64,000 nucleotides of DNA from Batkoa obscura (Eukaryota), in assembly GCA_030770535.1 (NCBI GenBank), contig JASVEC010000013.1:1116001-1180000 (forward strand), read 5' to 3'. The position numbers were made by a program, and so were the translations under genes. The notes beneath the pieces were generated by a model, which did no database searches, was not told the DNA's origin, and saw only the letters and a list, made by a program, of their open reading frames with translations. Shown piece after piece: positions 11,599 through 25,943 of the stretch. Position 1 is the first letter of the stretch, and each line of letters begins with the position of its first letter.

Positions 11599-12865
11599 TT
11601 ATCTGATGCTATGGATAAAATTATCTGATGATTTTATATTCAATCCTATCAGATGGTTTAAGCCATGAAATTATCTGATTAGTTTGAGTTTCTAAATTAA
11701 GACTCGACTATTGGCAGTATTCTTTACTAATCGTAATTAAAGTTGTTTATCTAATTAAAATGCTTAAATGTTTTATCTTCATCTTTTATTGATTGATATC
11801 AATCTGATAATTAATCTTATAAAATTAATTTTGATTTATTTCATCTGAGTCATATAAAACAATGATTGGATTATTATTTAAGTTTATCAAAAGCAATTTT
11901 TTGGCCTAGATAATTTATAAGATAACAGCTATTAGCTAAAAACTATGGTTAGATCCTTTTATCCGATTGTAACATTAGCGATACAAGCAGTCTAAGACAC
12001 TGGTTATCATATTTTACTATTTTAATTAAATAAGGTTCGGCAGTAAAACAAACAATTATAAATAATTGATTTTTGATTTTGATTATATAATGAAAACAAG
12101 CGAACCTTAATTGACTGTATAAAAGAGAATTTATCCTTAATGCAACAAGATTACTCATGCTATTCAGTTTCAAAAAATCATAGGATATTTTTGTATTTCT
12201 TTAGCATGCTTCTATATTTCTGCTTTAGCTTCATACAATTAAGTTCATTTAAGTGATTATTAACTTTCTGATTAACTGATTGAAAAATTAGAACTGAATA
12301 AGAATAAAACAGAACAAAATAATACCTATTTTAACTATTCTAAAAGAAATCTGATAATCCAATTCCAAGGCAATAATAAAATTTTATAAATACCCATGTA
12401 CAAGTTATTTATTTTATTATCGCCTTTAATGAAATACAAATTATTCAAATGAATGTCTTTTTTAATTAACCCTATACTATATAATCCGTGACCTAAAAGT
12501 CTATATTAGATTTATAAAGCATTCATCAATTTATATTGAGTAATCGGGATTAGATTAGCTACTCTAATCTATAAATCAGCCCACTGTTGTTTATACCATA
12601 AAGCAATAAAAAGAAAATAAAGCCAATATACTTAATAAAAAAATCAAAGGAGGGCGCTGCATTTTACAATAGTTCGGATTATTTGGGATAAATATAAAAT
12701 ACCTTTTAAAAGAATTGAATATTTCTTACAATATATGGATTATGGCATATATATGTTTTACTAAAAATATACGAATGCTTCTTTGAATAACCCTTTGTTT
12801 AGTTTTTAAAAGAATATTCTTAAAAAACAACGCTGCTACTTAAATGATGTAAGTAAATCTGATAA
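11599..12865. promoter_or_regulatory. Cluster of ATCWGATAA double-GATA sites upstream of the GATA factor gene
   Basis: TTATCTGAT at 11599, 11621, 11671; ATCTGATAA at 11802, 12349, 12857; near-matches at 11646 and 11959. Confidence 0.65.
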
Positions 12866-13746
12866 AACATATTGCAATCGAAACACTCTTGATTTACAAT
12901 CAAATGAAATCATTTAATCTCTGATTCTATAGATAGAAAGCGCTATAAAGTAGGATAAAACAATCGATTGTACGGGAACGTTATTTTTTGTTAATTATTT
13001 TGTCCACTTTCAACATAGATAAAAACTCAAAAAAACACCCAAACTCTTAAACGGTCGAGAAGTATAATTAAACAGGGCAGTTTTTTAAAAACCTTTTGAT
13101 CAAGAACTTTTTATGGCATAAAGGGTTAATAATAAATCTATATAACATGAAAAATAAAAATCTTGATAAAATATAACTTTCGATGTTCCTGGATGATATC
13201 TACTATAGCATTTCAAGTCAAGAACTCTTTAAAAACTTGCTCTCAAAAGTTAATTTTAGCTGCTTTTTTGGTTGTAGCTCATTTTATCGAAAAATTGCTA
13301 CATGAAGTCACCCTATTTAATGATGCATCCATACACAAAACTAAACAACATACACACGTAATTATTGAATCGAAAATTAAAGAATGCTTAGTTTAAAAGC
13401 TAAATTTGTACTATGTAAGCTTATACTTTATCATATTAAATGTTAAATAGCGAATGATTAAGCTTATAGTTGTGTACTCCCTATTAATTTATTCCTAATT
13501 GTTGCTGCCATACAAGTTAACCAATACAACTGTATATAAGACGTATGAGTTTTATATCTTAACCGCATTAATAAAGTTTATGACACTAAATCCAAACAAC
13601 ATTTCATGGCTAAATTGAATAAGAAATAAGAGGGATAATTAATTAATAGAGTATTGTCACAAACTCATTGAAATAGTGAACTCTTTTAATTTGATGAATA
13701 TACAATCAGACAAATTTTAATTTTAATTGAAACTTTACCTTGTAAT

Positions 13747-13844
13747 GAGGATACTTTTTTTGATTTCATCACTTTTTCTATTTTTAAGTGCCATTTGAGC
13801 AGAAACATCATTAGTAAAATTCTTAAACATAAAAATACATCCAC
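13747..13844 (+). mobile_element. ~100-bp MITE (degenerate copy)
   Basis: GAGGATAC...CATCCAC termini; family core gtaaaattcttaaaca. Confidence 0.75.
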
Positions 13845-14606
13845 ATATGTATATTTATAAAGCATGGGCTTATTTTATGTTTATATTAATCTTAGAAAAG
13901 TATGTATATTCCTTTTTCTGTTATGTCTTTTGTAATAGATATTGTACTTTGTATCCATAATAAACATAGCCCAATCTAGTGCAAACTATTTTATACTTTA
14001 ACACCTAAACCATATTTTATTCAGTAATGTTAACAAAAAAGAAAATTTAGTTCTCAATTCCGTCACCAAATATATTAATGTTCTTAAATTAATATTGCAG
14101 TATGAAAACTATTCCATATTATTCTTTTATTAAGCTTATTGGCGTGTGTAAATAACTCAAAACAATCCTTTTATTAGTACCATTTAATATTAGAGTCTTT
14201 TCAAATAATCGTGCCTAAGGTGGTGTTTATTAAATTAAAATATCATTCAAGACCTGCTCAAAAGTAGACCGAATTATTACTGATAACTAGGCTAATATTT
14301 ATTGATAGTTTTAATATTAATGTTTTTATGTAATTGAAATAAAGTGACTTCTGGGGGGGCCTTGGGCCAAAATAGTTTGTTTACTCAAGATCGGAAATAA
14401 TTTTAAATTGCATTAATAAATTCAATTGATGAATGGTAAATAAAGAACTACTGGGTAATACATAAACCAATCATTGATCCTGCACCAGGAAATGCAATCA
14501 ATTTGTAACTATCATATAAACGCTTATTAACAAAAAATATGAAAGAGTCTATTTGTTTTAGATAAAATAGGTTTTTATAGAAGTTTTTATTTATTAGACA
14601 AAAAAA

Positions 14607-15488
14607 TTAATCGATATTACATAAAGTTTTGAGTTGAGTGAAGATAAGAGGATGATTGAACAAGACAAATAAAGAATTTGATAGGGAAGCTGTAACAATT
14701 AAAAGGACTTTGAGGTAACCTAAAGCTATAGCTGAAGAATAAGCGGCTGGTTCATTAGCTGTATAATAACCATCTATGATAAATATAATGGCTGCAGGGA
14801 ATACGGTTATAGTATGGATAAAAATAATACTCCAAAGTCTAAATGAGGTATTGGTTTGATTGAATAAAGTAGCTCTTTTGTTAAGCTGAGAATCAAACGT
14901 TGCAAAATGATTAAAATCCCTACTTCCTCTAGTGATATACAAAATTTTAATGTAACAATAATTAATTAACATAGCACCAATAATTAAACAGAAAGGTAAG
15001 CAATAAAAGGCAAAAGTTGATAGACCAGAAATATTAGGATAAGCATGAGCTAAAAATCCATAAGGAGATAGTCTAAGTTCCGTTTTTACCGCAAGGGTGA
15101 TATAAGAAGAAGTATAAATCAAAAAGCAAGTGATGGGGATTAATATTAAATATTTTGGATGTTTTATATTTAAAGTGATAGTTAATCTTACAATAGCTAA
15201 TGAAGAAGATAATATAGTAGTTAGGAAAGGCCAAATCATCTCTAATGTTCCGAGGATTTGCACCGCTATTAAATTATTATCTGGATCATCTTTGTTGACT
15301 AAATACATTATTAAATAAATAATAAGCACAAGTAGTGGCAGCATATCAGCTATACATAACAATATAATGTAGATAATATCTCGACTTCGATTTTTAATTC
15401 TAGTAACTAAATACAAAATTAAGACCCCACTTAATCCCAGTAGTATAGCAAAAACACTAGCTATAATTTTATCGACTTTAATATACAT
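14607..15488 (-). CDS. Seven-transmembrane, rhodopsin-like GPCR-type protein
   Basis: Seven hydrophobic segments; LCIAD in TM2, SLAIVR at end of TM3, SNSLFVLFNHP in TM7; ATG at 15488. Confidence 0.75.
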   Translation of the reverse strand: MYIKVDKIIASVFAILLGLSGVLILYLVTRIKNRSRDIIYIILLCIADMLPLLVLIIYLIMYLVNKDDPDNNLIAVQILGTLEMIWPFLTTILSSSLAIVRLTITLNIKHPKYLILIPITCFLIYTSSYITLAVKTELRLSPYGFLAHAYPNISGLSTFAFYCLPFCLIIGAMLINYCYIKILYITRGSRDFNHFATFDSQLNKRATLFNQTNTSFRLWSIIFIHTITVFPAAIIFIIDGYYTANEPAAYSSAIALGYLKVLLIVTASLSNSLFVLFNHPLIFTQLKTLCNID

Positions 15489-16764
15489 CCTCCAATTCCT
15501 GTTTATCAAGCAATTTAGAAAAGTAAAAAAAACAAAAAAATTGATTGTTGAAAAGTTTAGTTATAGTATGCGTATTTAATTTATCATACCATGTTCCTTT
15601 TTTGCTTTACTAAATCCTAGTAACATTAAATAAATTATTTGTTCTTTCTTTATTTGTAGAATAACTTGAATTTCCGCTTATTTTAGTAATTGTAGTTAAT
15701 AGCTGTTTTATAGCTTGTTCTTACTAATGTAAAAGTTTAGTTGATTTTATAAAAGAGTTTAAATAAAAAATGTGTTTATTTAAAACAGAATTGATACTTA
15801 TATTTATATTGGTTTATAAGTATAACTTGATTACCAAATATACGTAAATTGGATATATCACTTTACATTGACTTAATACGGTCACCAAAATTGATCGTTT
15901 AATTATATTATTCTTAGAATTACTAAAAGTTAATTTATTGAGTTAATTTATTATTACTTTATTTATATTTTAAGAATATTTAAACTTAATAAAATTGGAT
16001 CGACTATTGTGATACTATGTCAAAAATATAGCAAATTTGGTCTTCAAAAAACGTTAAAGTTAAAATCCTTTATAATTGTTTTATGTTTTTTTTGTTTTTT
16101 TTGTTTTTATTACAGAAAAGCTTTTGTAAATAAACCTGATTAAGCATTAATGTATAATATTTTGACTACAATTCTTAAATTAATGTTCCTTTTAAATTAT
16201 ATAGACATTTGAATCTAACTTACGTTTATAACAAATTCTTGAAGCAATAAGTATTATCAAGTTACTATACCAAGTATTTGACTGATTTTATGTAATTCAT
16301 AACAAAGTTGAATAATATTATAAAAGTATCATCCCCCATCTTTTCAATTCCGATAACAATAACCATGTCTCGCCAATAACTACATGTGTGACTTTACCAA
16401 GTACGATATCCAATCAAACTTTGAAGGTGTAAGTAATTGAATATTTAAAGAGAGTCTAAATAACAATGATATAACTATTTAGATTAAAAGTACTTGCCAA
16501 AAATTCAAATTGGCCAATGAAAACGCCTAAAATTTGGATAATTATTATTAATTAGTTTTTTTCTAAAATTTTTAAAATATAAATCTTATATAAATTTTTT
16601 ATTTTTACAAAAATATAATTTCAAAATAAAAGACATTCTATTTTATTTACATTTAATTTGTTTTAACAATATTTTTGTTAAATTATACATTTTATAAAAA
16701 AATATATAATGATTTGATAAAAATCTAAAATTTTAATTTTAATTTTTTTTTAAAAACATTATAT

Positions 16765-16862
16765 AGGGATGTATTTTTTTGTTTAAGAGTTTTACTAACA
16801 ATCTTTCCGCTGAAACAACGCTTAAAAAATGGAAAAAATAATGATGCCAAAAAAACACCCCC
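16765..16862 (-). mobile_element. ~100-bp MITE
   Basis: (G>A)GGGATGT...ACACCCCC flanked by ATAT/ATAT. Confidence 0.85.
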
Positions 16863-17364
16863 ATATATAAATTTAAAACTTACTAAATTTAACTAAATTC
16901 ACTATATAAATTATAATTAATTTAGTTGTAAAAGCACAACCGTTTTTATGTATAATTTATTATAAAGCTGATAAAGCAATATTTTATAGTTTTAATTATT
17001 ATAGACAAATTTTAACATTTTTTAAAAAAAGTAATTAAGTAATAATAAATATTATTAAGCTATTTATTATTAATTATGTATTAATGCATAAGTAAAGTAA
17101 TTTACATATTTAAGAAAAAACATTTTAACTATTTAATAAAATGCTTAAAAATAAAAAAGTATTATTATAATTAGCTTTATTTTTTAAATTTCACTTTCTC
17201 AAAAAAAAATACTAGGAATGTTCTGGATTTTTTATATTTTGCCATTAGGAATGCTTTTAGTATCTAAATTATTTTGTAAAAATGACAATAAATTGTTTAA
17301 ACCATTATTTTTCTTAAAATTACAAATATATATATTATTTACAATTTTAGAAGTTAATTGGTTA

Positions 17365-17437
17365 GCCTGATTAGCTCAGTCGGTAGAGCATGAGACTTTT
17401 AATCTCAGGGTCATGGGTTCGAGCCCCATATTAGGCT
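17365..17437 (+). tRNA. tRNA-Lys: tRNA-Lys (UUU)
   Basis: Full cloverleaf GCCTGAT/ATTAGGC; D arm GCTC/GAGC; anticodon loop CTTTTAA; T loop TTCGAGC. Confidence 0.97.
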
Positions 17438-17544
17438 TCTTTCTCAAGTTTTGACTTATATTTTTAATTTTTTAAACTATCAATTATTAATAACTAATTA
17501 AGTTTTATAAAATTCTTAAACACAAAAATATATCCCCATATATA

Positions 17545-17835
17545 TGGAACTTTGGATTGATTGTATCACATGAACCACGGTCAAATTGAATACAAGGCTA
17601 CAACTAGTTTTGTAAACAAGTTAAGTGATTATTATGTGATAATCAATCATAGAGCTGATGAAGCAATATTTCACAGTGTTTTGTATTTTTTTATTAAATA
17701 TTTAATAGATATAGAATATACAATTATATAATCATTTGGTCATATTTTTTATTAAAAACAAAATACAAGCTTTTATAACTAAACTTCGAAATAGAATTTC
17801 TAAAAATCTTAATATAATAGGGAGAAGCACATTAC
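17545..17835. mobile_element. LTR fragment joined to the 5' region of the Sola-like transposase
   Basis: LTR end TTTCACA at 17675 followed by gtgttttg...; then match to 44660-44720 (aagcttttataactaaacttcgaaat). Confidence 0.7.
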
Positions 17836-18299
17836 TGTGAAAGTTGGTACTCAGTAGTAGGGGTTAAAAGCAGTTCTTGCTTGATTAAGTTGCCTTGAGT
17901 CGAACGGTCTTAGTTTATGTAACCAAGATAGACTTAAATGAATAAGAATAATACGTAATAAGCTACGAACTATGTAAAACAAATAGAATAGAAGATACTA
18001 CTGTAAAATCTACGTAAGATATTGTCAGAAAGACTTAGTGGCTTTATTAATGATACGTTATCAGGGAGTAATTCAATTAAAAAGCATCGAGTTAGTATGT
18101 TGAAGAATCTCTTTTATACACCAATAAGTATGGATATTAAAACGAGAGGATAATATTCTTTGCAATATGAAGTTAGAAATTCTCGCAGCAAATCAAAATA
18201 AGGGACTCTGACTTGATTGTGTTTGAACTTAAGAACACAACAACTTAAGTGATTGTTGTGCTATAATCGATCCGAGAGCTAATAAAACAATATTTTACA
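17836..18299 (-). repeat. Solo LTR of the Gypsy family
   Basis: Reverse-complement match to 4010-4477; no matching TSD; flanked by Sola-like fragments. Confidence 0.92.
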
Positions 18300-18372
18300 A
18301 GACTTGCAAATTTAAAAACTTTAAATTTGGACTAATTTCTAGTTAAGTTCTGAAACCAATTCGGACATCCCC
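18300..18372 (-). mobile_element. Sola-like element left end
   Basis: ...tgaaaccaattcggacatcccc-atat. Confidence 0.75.
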
Positions 18373-18453
18373 ATATGTTTTTTTTTAAATTGCTTAAAAA
18401 TAACAAAAAATAATAATTTAATAATTAAAATTATGAAAATAATTTTAATATAT

Positions 18454-18552
18454 GAGGATGTTTTTTTTGGTTTCATTATTTTTTCCATTTTTTAAGCGTT
18501 GTTTGAGTGGAAAGATTGTTAGTAAAATTCTTAAACAAAAAAATACATCCCC
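18454..18552 (+). mobile_element. ~100-bp MITE
   Basis: GAGGATGT...ACATCCCC, ATAT/ATAT flanks. Confidence 0.88.
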
Positions 18553-19093
18553 ATATTTTCTTTTAGCTTAGTTTTTATTAATTTGATAATATTTAATTTT
18601 AAAGGCTTATTTGAAATCCAAATTAAAAACTCAAGCAATTAAAATACAAAATTTAGCAAAGTAGTAAAATAATTATATTAGTTATTATATTAAGGGTATT
18701 TTTTAGCTTTATCACACTTTTTTTATCTTTTAAATGCTAACTAAATGGAAAATTTATTAGTAAAATTCCTAAATACAAAAATACATTGCCACATATTTAA
18801 ATTATATATTTGTTAAAATAAAATTTATTATACTCTTTTTATTTAAAAATATTTCAAAGCTTAAAATTAATTATTTAAATTAAATCAACCAAAAGTTTAA
18901 TAAATTTATATTAAAGATATTAGATAAAGTTTAAAAAAATTACATTTTTTATAAATATTTAAATAATATAAACTACAAATTTATTTTAGTTTTAAGTTTA
19001 ATTTTAAGTTTAATTTACTCAAAAATAATTATAAAAAAATAAAAAGTTGGAATAAAGCAGATAACAAAGCTTTTTTAATAATTTTTTTTGAAA

Positions 19094-19678
19094 TGTGAAA
19101 TATCGGTTCATTAGCTCTAGGATTGATTATAATATGATAATCAATCCTGAGTTCCTTATATAGATTTGCTGTGAGAATTGCTACCACCTGATCATGAAGG
19201 ACTTATTGCTCACGTTTTAATGTCCATACTTGGCAACTATAATAAGGGATAACTGTTATAATGTTCCTTATATGAGGGTGTTTTTTTTTACTTCATTACT
19301 TTTTCCATCTTTTAAGCGCTATTTGAGTGGAAAAATTGCTAGTAAAATTCTTGAACACAAAAATACATCCCCATATATAGCCACCCAGTTGGAGTATAAA
19401 AGAGATTCTTGTACATACTAACTCGAGGCTTTTTTAATTGAATTACTCCCTGATAACGTATCCTTAATAAAGTCACTAAGTCTTTCTGACGACATCTTAC
19501 ATAGATTTTACAGTAGTATCTTCTATTATATTTGTTTTATATAATTCGTAGCTTATTACGTATTATTCCTATTAAGTTAAGTCTATCTTAGTTACATAAA
19601 CTAAGACCGTTCGACTCAAGGCAAGTCAATTAAGCAAGAGTAGCTTTTAACTCCGACCACTGAGTATCAACTTTCACA
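19094..19678 (+). repeat. Solo LTR (variant subfamily) containing a MITE
   Basis: TGTGAAA...TTTCACA with GAAA on both flanks; 3' half matches 4190-4477; MITE at 19274-19372. Confidence 0.9.
19274..19372 (+). mobile_element. ~100-bp MITE nested in LTR
   Basis: GAGGGTGT...ACATCCCC, ATAT/ATAT flanks. Confidence 0.88.
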
Positions 19679-19910
19679 GAAACAAGTTAAGCACGTGTTT
19701 CTTAAATAGATTATTGATTGAAGTTATGAAAATAAGCTGTTAAATCATTTTTAATCTGTTCAAGTAATTAAAATTAAGTCACGTTTTTTATTTACTTGTA
19801 TAAAATAACTTAAGACAACTACTTTATTGCTTTAAGCAAAAGATATTTTAATGGCAAAAACCAGAAATATCAAAAGGAAAGAATAAATAAAAATCAATCA
19901 AGTATTCCAT

Positions 19911-21513
19911 CTATTTTGTATTTTTACCAATAAAGCGGATTAAAAGCCATTTTAATAATGGGGAAATAGTTTCTGGCTCCTTTTTGAAGTACATCTAAAA
20001 TAAAATATAAGTTTCATATAATAAATTATAAAAAAATTAGTACCATGGTTATCCCAGATGCTATCATAAAAAGAAAGGATTCAAAATGAGGAATGTAGAA
20101 AATCCAGTCTTTTTTGTAAAGTATATGGTAAAAAGAATCTAAAGCCTTAGGTGTAGTATATAGAGCCAATTCTGCTCTTCTACTTGGTTTTTCAACCAAT
20201 ATACTTGCTAATCCAGATATAATACCCGCAAAGTAATATACGTACTTGTTATCTTTTATATTATATTTAATTTGCAAAGCATGTGCATTACATATCATAA
20301 ACTGATATGTTGAAACTAATACAGCTAAAAATGCGCTTGAACGAATAGTTCCATAAAAGCATCTCTTTAATATCTCTGAAGGGCTAAAGTTATCATAAGA
20401 AAAAGAAGTAAAAACCAAAAATATAGTACCTTCTTTTAAAATTGTTAAAACGTAAAAAAATAGCAGGGAGAAATGTAAGGCCAGCATAAATAGGAGAAAT
20501 CATCTTAAAAACCAAAATCAAACGATTTAATAAGGTATAATTACATGATGTAATGTTGGGATGATACGCTTTACAAGGTAGTGTAATAGGACTATCATCT
20601 AAATTCTTTAAAATATTTAAATTTTCTGCCGTTACATTCATTCCTTCAACCAAATCAGTTAAATGATCAACATCGATTTCTTGACCCCTTACGATTTTCC
20701 TATTAACTTGTAATATTGAGTGAGGAATCAAAGCGTGTCTTATCATAAACTTATAGATAGAAGGATCTAAAGTCTCAAACTGCATTACGTAAGAATATAA
20801 AATTTGAGCAGTTGAAAATGTAAATAAGATCGCATCACCATAAGGTATTCTCAATAAATTTTTTGAATATAAACTGTGATATATGCTTTGAGCAGCTCTA
20901 TATAATTACTTAGTTCATCATACTTAAGGTTCTGTTTCGTTACCTCATGCTCAATTGGTGTGAAAAACTTATTCTACGATCTTTTCTTTCCCACAAAACA
21001 AAAGCTCCAGATAGAAAGCCTATATCATGAAGTTATTACAAAACCAAATAAAATCAATTATAATACCAGATAAAAAATTTGCATATTTCTTATCTTTTAT
21101 ATAAAAGGGGAGGACTTTAGATAAGGTATTCCAAGACAAAATAAAGTTCGAAAAGAACAACCCAGAATTACGAATATCCTTATTGTACACATCTGACAAC
21201 TTTAAACTATATATATTTTAACATTTATTCAAGTTTAATTCCACAAATGGAGTTTACCCTTTTCTTCTATTAGTTAGACTTTTCAATAGAATATTGAACG
21301 TTCCTCTTATTCCGATAACAATTAAGAATATTTCTTTTATTGTTAGAATATAAAAATAATAATATATTAATTCATTGTAATGTTAGCTTCGTTTATAGTG
21401 TTACTTATAGAATGAATGCCAGATTGCTTTATTATATTTAAAACATATTTCAGATCCAGTTTAACCTTGTCTTGTGGTTGTTCAATTTCATCTATACTTT
21501 TATTTTCCATCAT
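19911..21513 (-). CDS. TMEM135-like membrane protein (multi-exon)
   Basis: Exons encode YGIRG, AQILYSYVMQFETL, PCKAYHPNITSC, TIRSSAFL, EKPSRRAELALYTTPKALDS; GT-AG introns; ends derived by hand. Confidence 0.8.
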
Positions 21514-23126
21514 TATTTAAAAAGTAATAAATTCAATATATATGTTTAATTTATATATTGAATTAAATACTAATTTTTCCATAATTTAAACTGGATAAAT
21601 TTGTTCCAGCATATCCTTTTATTTGCATATGGTGTGGGGTGAGTTGTTCTACTTTCTACTTTTATGCCGTTATTTCAATATTATAGTCATAGTTTACCAT
21701 AAATTGCTTCTATAGATTATTGCCTTTAATGTCAATTTCCAACCTGAGGCATTTCAAAATTTTTGCAACTTTAAATTAAACTAAAATTAATAATTCTTTT
21801 AACTCTATTTCATCTAGAAGGAAGAGAGAACAAAGGCTTTAAGAATTTTTTTCTACAAAGCTGAAAGCATTTTATGAACTCACAGGTGGTTTGAGAAGCC
21901 AAAGGCAACGTTATTTTCATATATAATAGTTGCTTCATTTAGTTTATTTAGTTTATAAGTCTTCATAGCCACAGGCTTTTATGGTGATGCCTTGTTTCAG
22001 TATTTATCCGTTTTTCAAGTAGATTAAAATTCAAAAAGGTTCCAGTTGAATTCTTGAACAAAAACATGCCCTTACTTTTTAAAAAAGCTATTTGCTTTAG
22101 ACAAAGAACTGAAGAGGCTTCAACTTTTAATGACTTTGACATACAACTACTTCAATTCTAATGTGGCATTCTAAGCCATTCGTTTAGAGTAGAAATTACC
22201 ACTAAGCAACATACTAAAATTGAAGTAGTTGTAAAATATATGGGTTGATTTATACCAAAAGTTCAACTTTCCCTAGTTTTGATTTTTTGTAAATTAAAAA
22301 TAAATTACAAATTGTTTTTTTCTCAATTTTAAACTAATCCTATATTTTACGTTTAAATCTAAATCAAGCTAGGAATACTCTTTATTTAAAAATATTGGTA
22401 GGCTTTCGGGAATTAATGACAAGTTATTTTACCACCTTTTAGTAAATTAATATATATGAAAAGTAATTTTAAAGACATGGAAGATGTGGTTGGTAAAATT
22501 TAATGCGAAATAATGACAAAACATTATAAACAATTAGCAAAAATGTTTTTACAAACTTCATATATTATTCTAATAAATGTTTTATTACATCAAAGCTCTT
22601 CATTTCGTATATTACTTCCAATAACACATATAGCTGTTTAATTAATAAAATAAAAAAGTTTAAAAGCATTCCAGCTATGTTAAAAATAAAATGTCTTCCG
22701 TTTATTAATAATTAGTCGCAAATCCTTGAGAGTTCGTCAATGGTTTCGTAAGAAGATGTATCCTATTTACAGTTTAGCCAGGTTCTAAAATTCATCCATA
22801 TTATTTAAAATTGTTAAAAATAGTAGATGACCCATTAAGTATATAACTTTTTAAAGGAATGGTCTTAACCTTAAATAGTTAGTGTTAATTCGACTTCATT
22901 TCAAACATATATAATGTGGGCATTTATGTGCTAATAGTAAAGAACTCAATTAATCGTTTATAAACTATTGTCATTTAAAATTTAAATCAACTTTTAATAA
23001 AAAAATAAAGATATGAAATAAAGTTCATATGAAAGTTATAGATTAAAATAGGATGCTATTATTGATTGAAAATTATTGCAAATATTTATTTAACATAATT
23101 TCAGGATGCGAAGAATCAAATCATTT

Positions 23127-23909
23127 CTATTCTTTCTTTTCTTCTTTAACTTCTTCCTTAGTCTCTTCTTTGGCTTCCTCTTTCTTTTCTTCTTTATCGT
23201 TTTCAGGCTTGTTTGAAGAAAGTTCTGAGTTAGCTTTTTGAGCAGCTTCAAATTCTTCTTTAAATTTATTGGCATCTAGGGTGATAATAATTTAATAAAA
23301 ATATTTAATAGAAGCTAACAAAAAATACTTTCAGTGTTAGCAAATCTAATGGCAAGAGTTTCAGGGGTTGGTTCGTCCTCTGAGAAATCAGCTGCTACTT
23401 TATATACCCATGAGCGATCTGAACCAACATTTGCTTTGAGTTCAATATCACTTGAAACTACAAAAGGTAAAAAAAGTAATAAATAAATTAAAAAAACTTT
23501 ACTATAGTGGTTAGCGCATACTTTGTGGGTTTGTTCACGACGCATAACTAAACGAATTTTTCCAGAAGCTTTGTGTTTTAAAAATCTTACATCTCCAGTT
23601 CCACGTTCCTTCCATTCTCCTGAGGTAAAACGGAAAAGCTTAGAACGCCTAATAAATATGAATAAGCGATTTTTTATAAAGTATTGTTTTTACATTTTGA
23701 AAATGATTTCTTCATCTTCTTCAGCAGTTTTAACTTCTACTTCTTCTAATTTGACGATTGGCTCAAAATGTACATCTGGGGAAGGCTCGACTTGATCTTC
23801 GCCCTGAAGAAAGAATGAAATTAATACCTTTAATGGAAATTACAATTTTAGCAAACTTTACTTCAGTTTCAGTGATATTTTTAGCAAGGTTATCGAGGCT
23901 GTTTGACAT
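23127..23909 (-). CDS. YRB1: Ran-binding protein 1 (RanBD), multi-exon
   Basis: [67 protein letters not shown]. Confidence 0.93.
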
Positions 23910-25844
23910 TTTAATTTAAAAAACGGAATAGATAAAAATAACATAAATTTACAATATTAATAATTTTATCCAATCAAGGCCCAGTTTCTAGTTTTGGGAC
24001 TCAAAATTTTATCAAATGATATTTAACTGGCTCTTACTTTCATTGATTTTGCAACTAATAAACTAAATTTGGGTTACTTTTAAATTGCTTAGAATTTTTA
24101 GAAAATATTAGGATTTAAAATAAATTAGTATTAAATTGTCTTCGAATTATTTTATTTAACTCGCTTTGGTCGACTTTCGCTTCCTTGTGATTAAAACAAT
24201 AAATGAAAACACTAAACAAAGGCAACATAAAAGCAAAAATGTTTTTTAGAAAATGAATTCATTGGTATACTGCATGGTATTAGCAGTTATTCCAATAATC
24301 CTAAATATCACTTAATGATAAACTGCTTGGAATGGATGATACACATACTTCAAAGACAAAAGGGATTAACACATATGAAATATAGGCTAAGAAGAAGAAA
24401 GGGAGGGAAGTTGATTATTCAGAAAGAAAAAAGCAGTTTTTGGGAAGAAATTGAGCATGGTATATCAATATTTAATAAAAGAGTGAGCTATAACAAGCTT
24501 CCTTTCAATTTATTTTCATTTATTGATAATAGTCCGTTAAGTGAATTAAAATTTTTTTCAGTATTAATAAATGGAAAGAACCTAAGTCAGTTATTTGATT
24601 GTTTTATAAATATATATCGTACTAAAACTGACCCTGAAAGTTACTGGTTAGATAGAGAAGCTTTATAAATATATTAAAAAGTAGAAACAGAACTTTATTA
24701 AAGTTAATGCTATTCCAGACATTCAATAAAGTTATAAAGTTTTTAGACAATGTATTTAATATGTTGTTAAATACAAGTTGGACAATTTTGATCAAACATT
24801 GAGTGATAGTATGGATCAACCTTGTTTAGAAAATTTAGCTGCTATCACATTGCTTATTGCAGGATACTTCTATAGTCAACAAATAATAACTACACTGTTA
24901 CATATTGATTGTGTAATTAAAACGAAAAAGTAACAAGAGAACAGCAAATAAACAGTTTGAGTAAAAGTAATAAAAAGTGGGGAAAAAATTTATGAGGAAT
25001 TATAGATTTATTTCATATTTTTATAAAATGGAAGAATCCAAAACTATTAAATACAAATCAAAGTTGTGAGTTTAAACATATAAATAGAAAAGTAATCTGT
25101 ATCACAACAAAAGCAAGGAATTCAAATGAAAATATTATAATTGTTGATAACATTGATTTATTTTTAAGAAAAAATTAAGCTAACCCCTGGAAACGGTTTT
25201 CGGTCTTCCTATTATACATCTGTAGTTTGCATAGAGCTAGAAACGCGTAGGCATTTAAGTTACCATATTGATAAAATAGTAAGAAATGAAATAAGCAATC
25301 GAGTTGAAAATTTATCCTTATTTTGTGAAGACAATAGTTATAGAAAAATGTTAACAACTAAATCCATAAAATGACTCAAATAGCTCCAAAAGAGCATAAA
25401 ACATATGAATTACTTACTCAATCCCAAGCTTATGAACTTAAAAATTATGGAGTAGCGTTAAACTCAAATACCTCATTAATAGCTATTCTTATAGCATCTT
25501 AAAGATGTGCAAAATATTATTACCAGATCGTGTGATAAGCTTATCATTCCAATTTCATAAACTACCCTCCAAGGATTGCTGTTACAAAACGTATACCAAC
25601 GCTATAAATTTACGTAAATTGATCAATTCAGGAATCCAACAAAAGATATTAAAAAAGAATATTCATTATCAAGCAGTAAATAATTCAAGTGATTTTATCC
25701 CTCTAAGCTACTTTTTAATCAGTTTGTTATCTAACAATATATTAGCTAAAAGAGATAGTATAACATTATACGATTATCTAGCTAAGTTTATAGATTTTAT
25801 AAAACTACCTTTTGGCTTAAAAGTTGGATTCAAAGGTTCAAAAT

Positions 25845-25943
25845 GGGGATGTATTTTTTTGTTTAAGAATTTCACTAACAGCCTTTCCGCTAAAATAGCG
25901 CCCAAAAAATGGAAAAAATAATGAAGCCAGAAAAAACATTCCC
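25845..25943 (-). mobile_element. ~100-bp MITE
   Basis: GGGGATGT...CATTCCC with AAAT/AAAT flanks. Confidence 0.85.

Noticed and set aside
19230..19421. Short ORFs overlapping MITEs (also 41144-41877 and the end of 25505-25921)
   Set aside because: Translate MITE/LTR sequence; no coding evidence
21800..22250. Minus-strand KPVAMKTYK resembling an RT N-terminus or kinase VAxK
   Set aside because: Match too short; the surrounding frame is broken
24250..25840. Fragmented ORFs possibly from a decayed gene
   Set aside because: No recognisable motif; cannot support a call without a profile search
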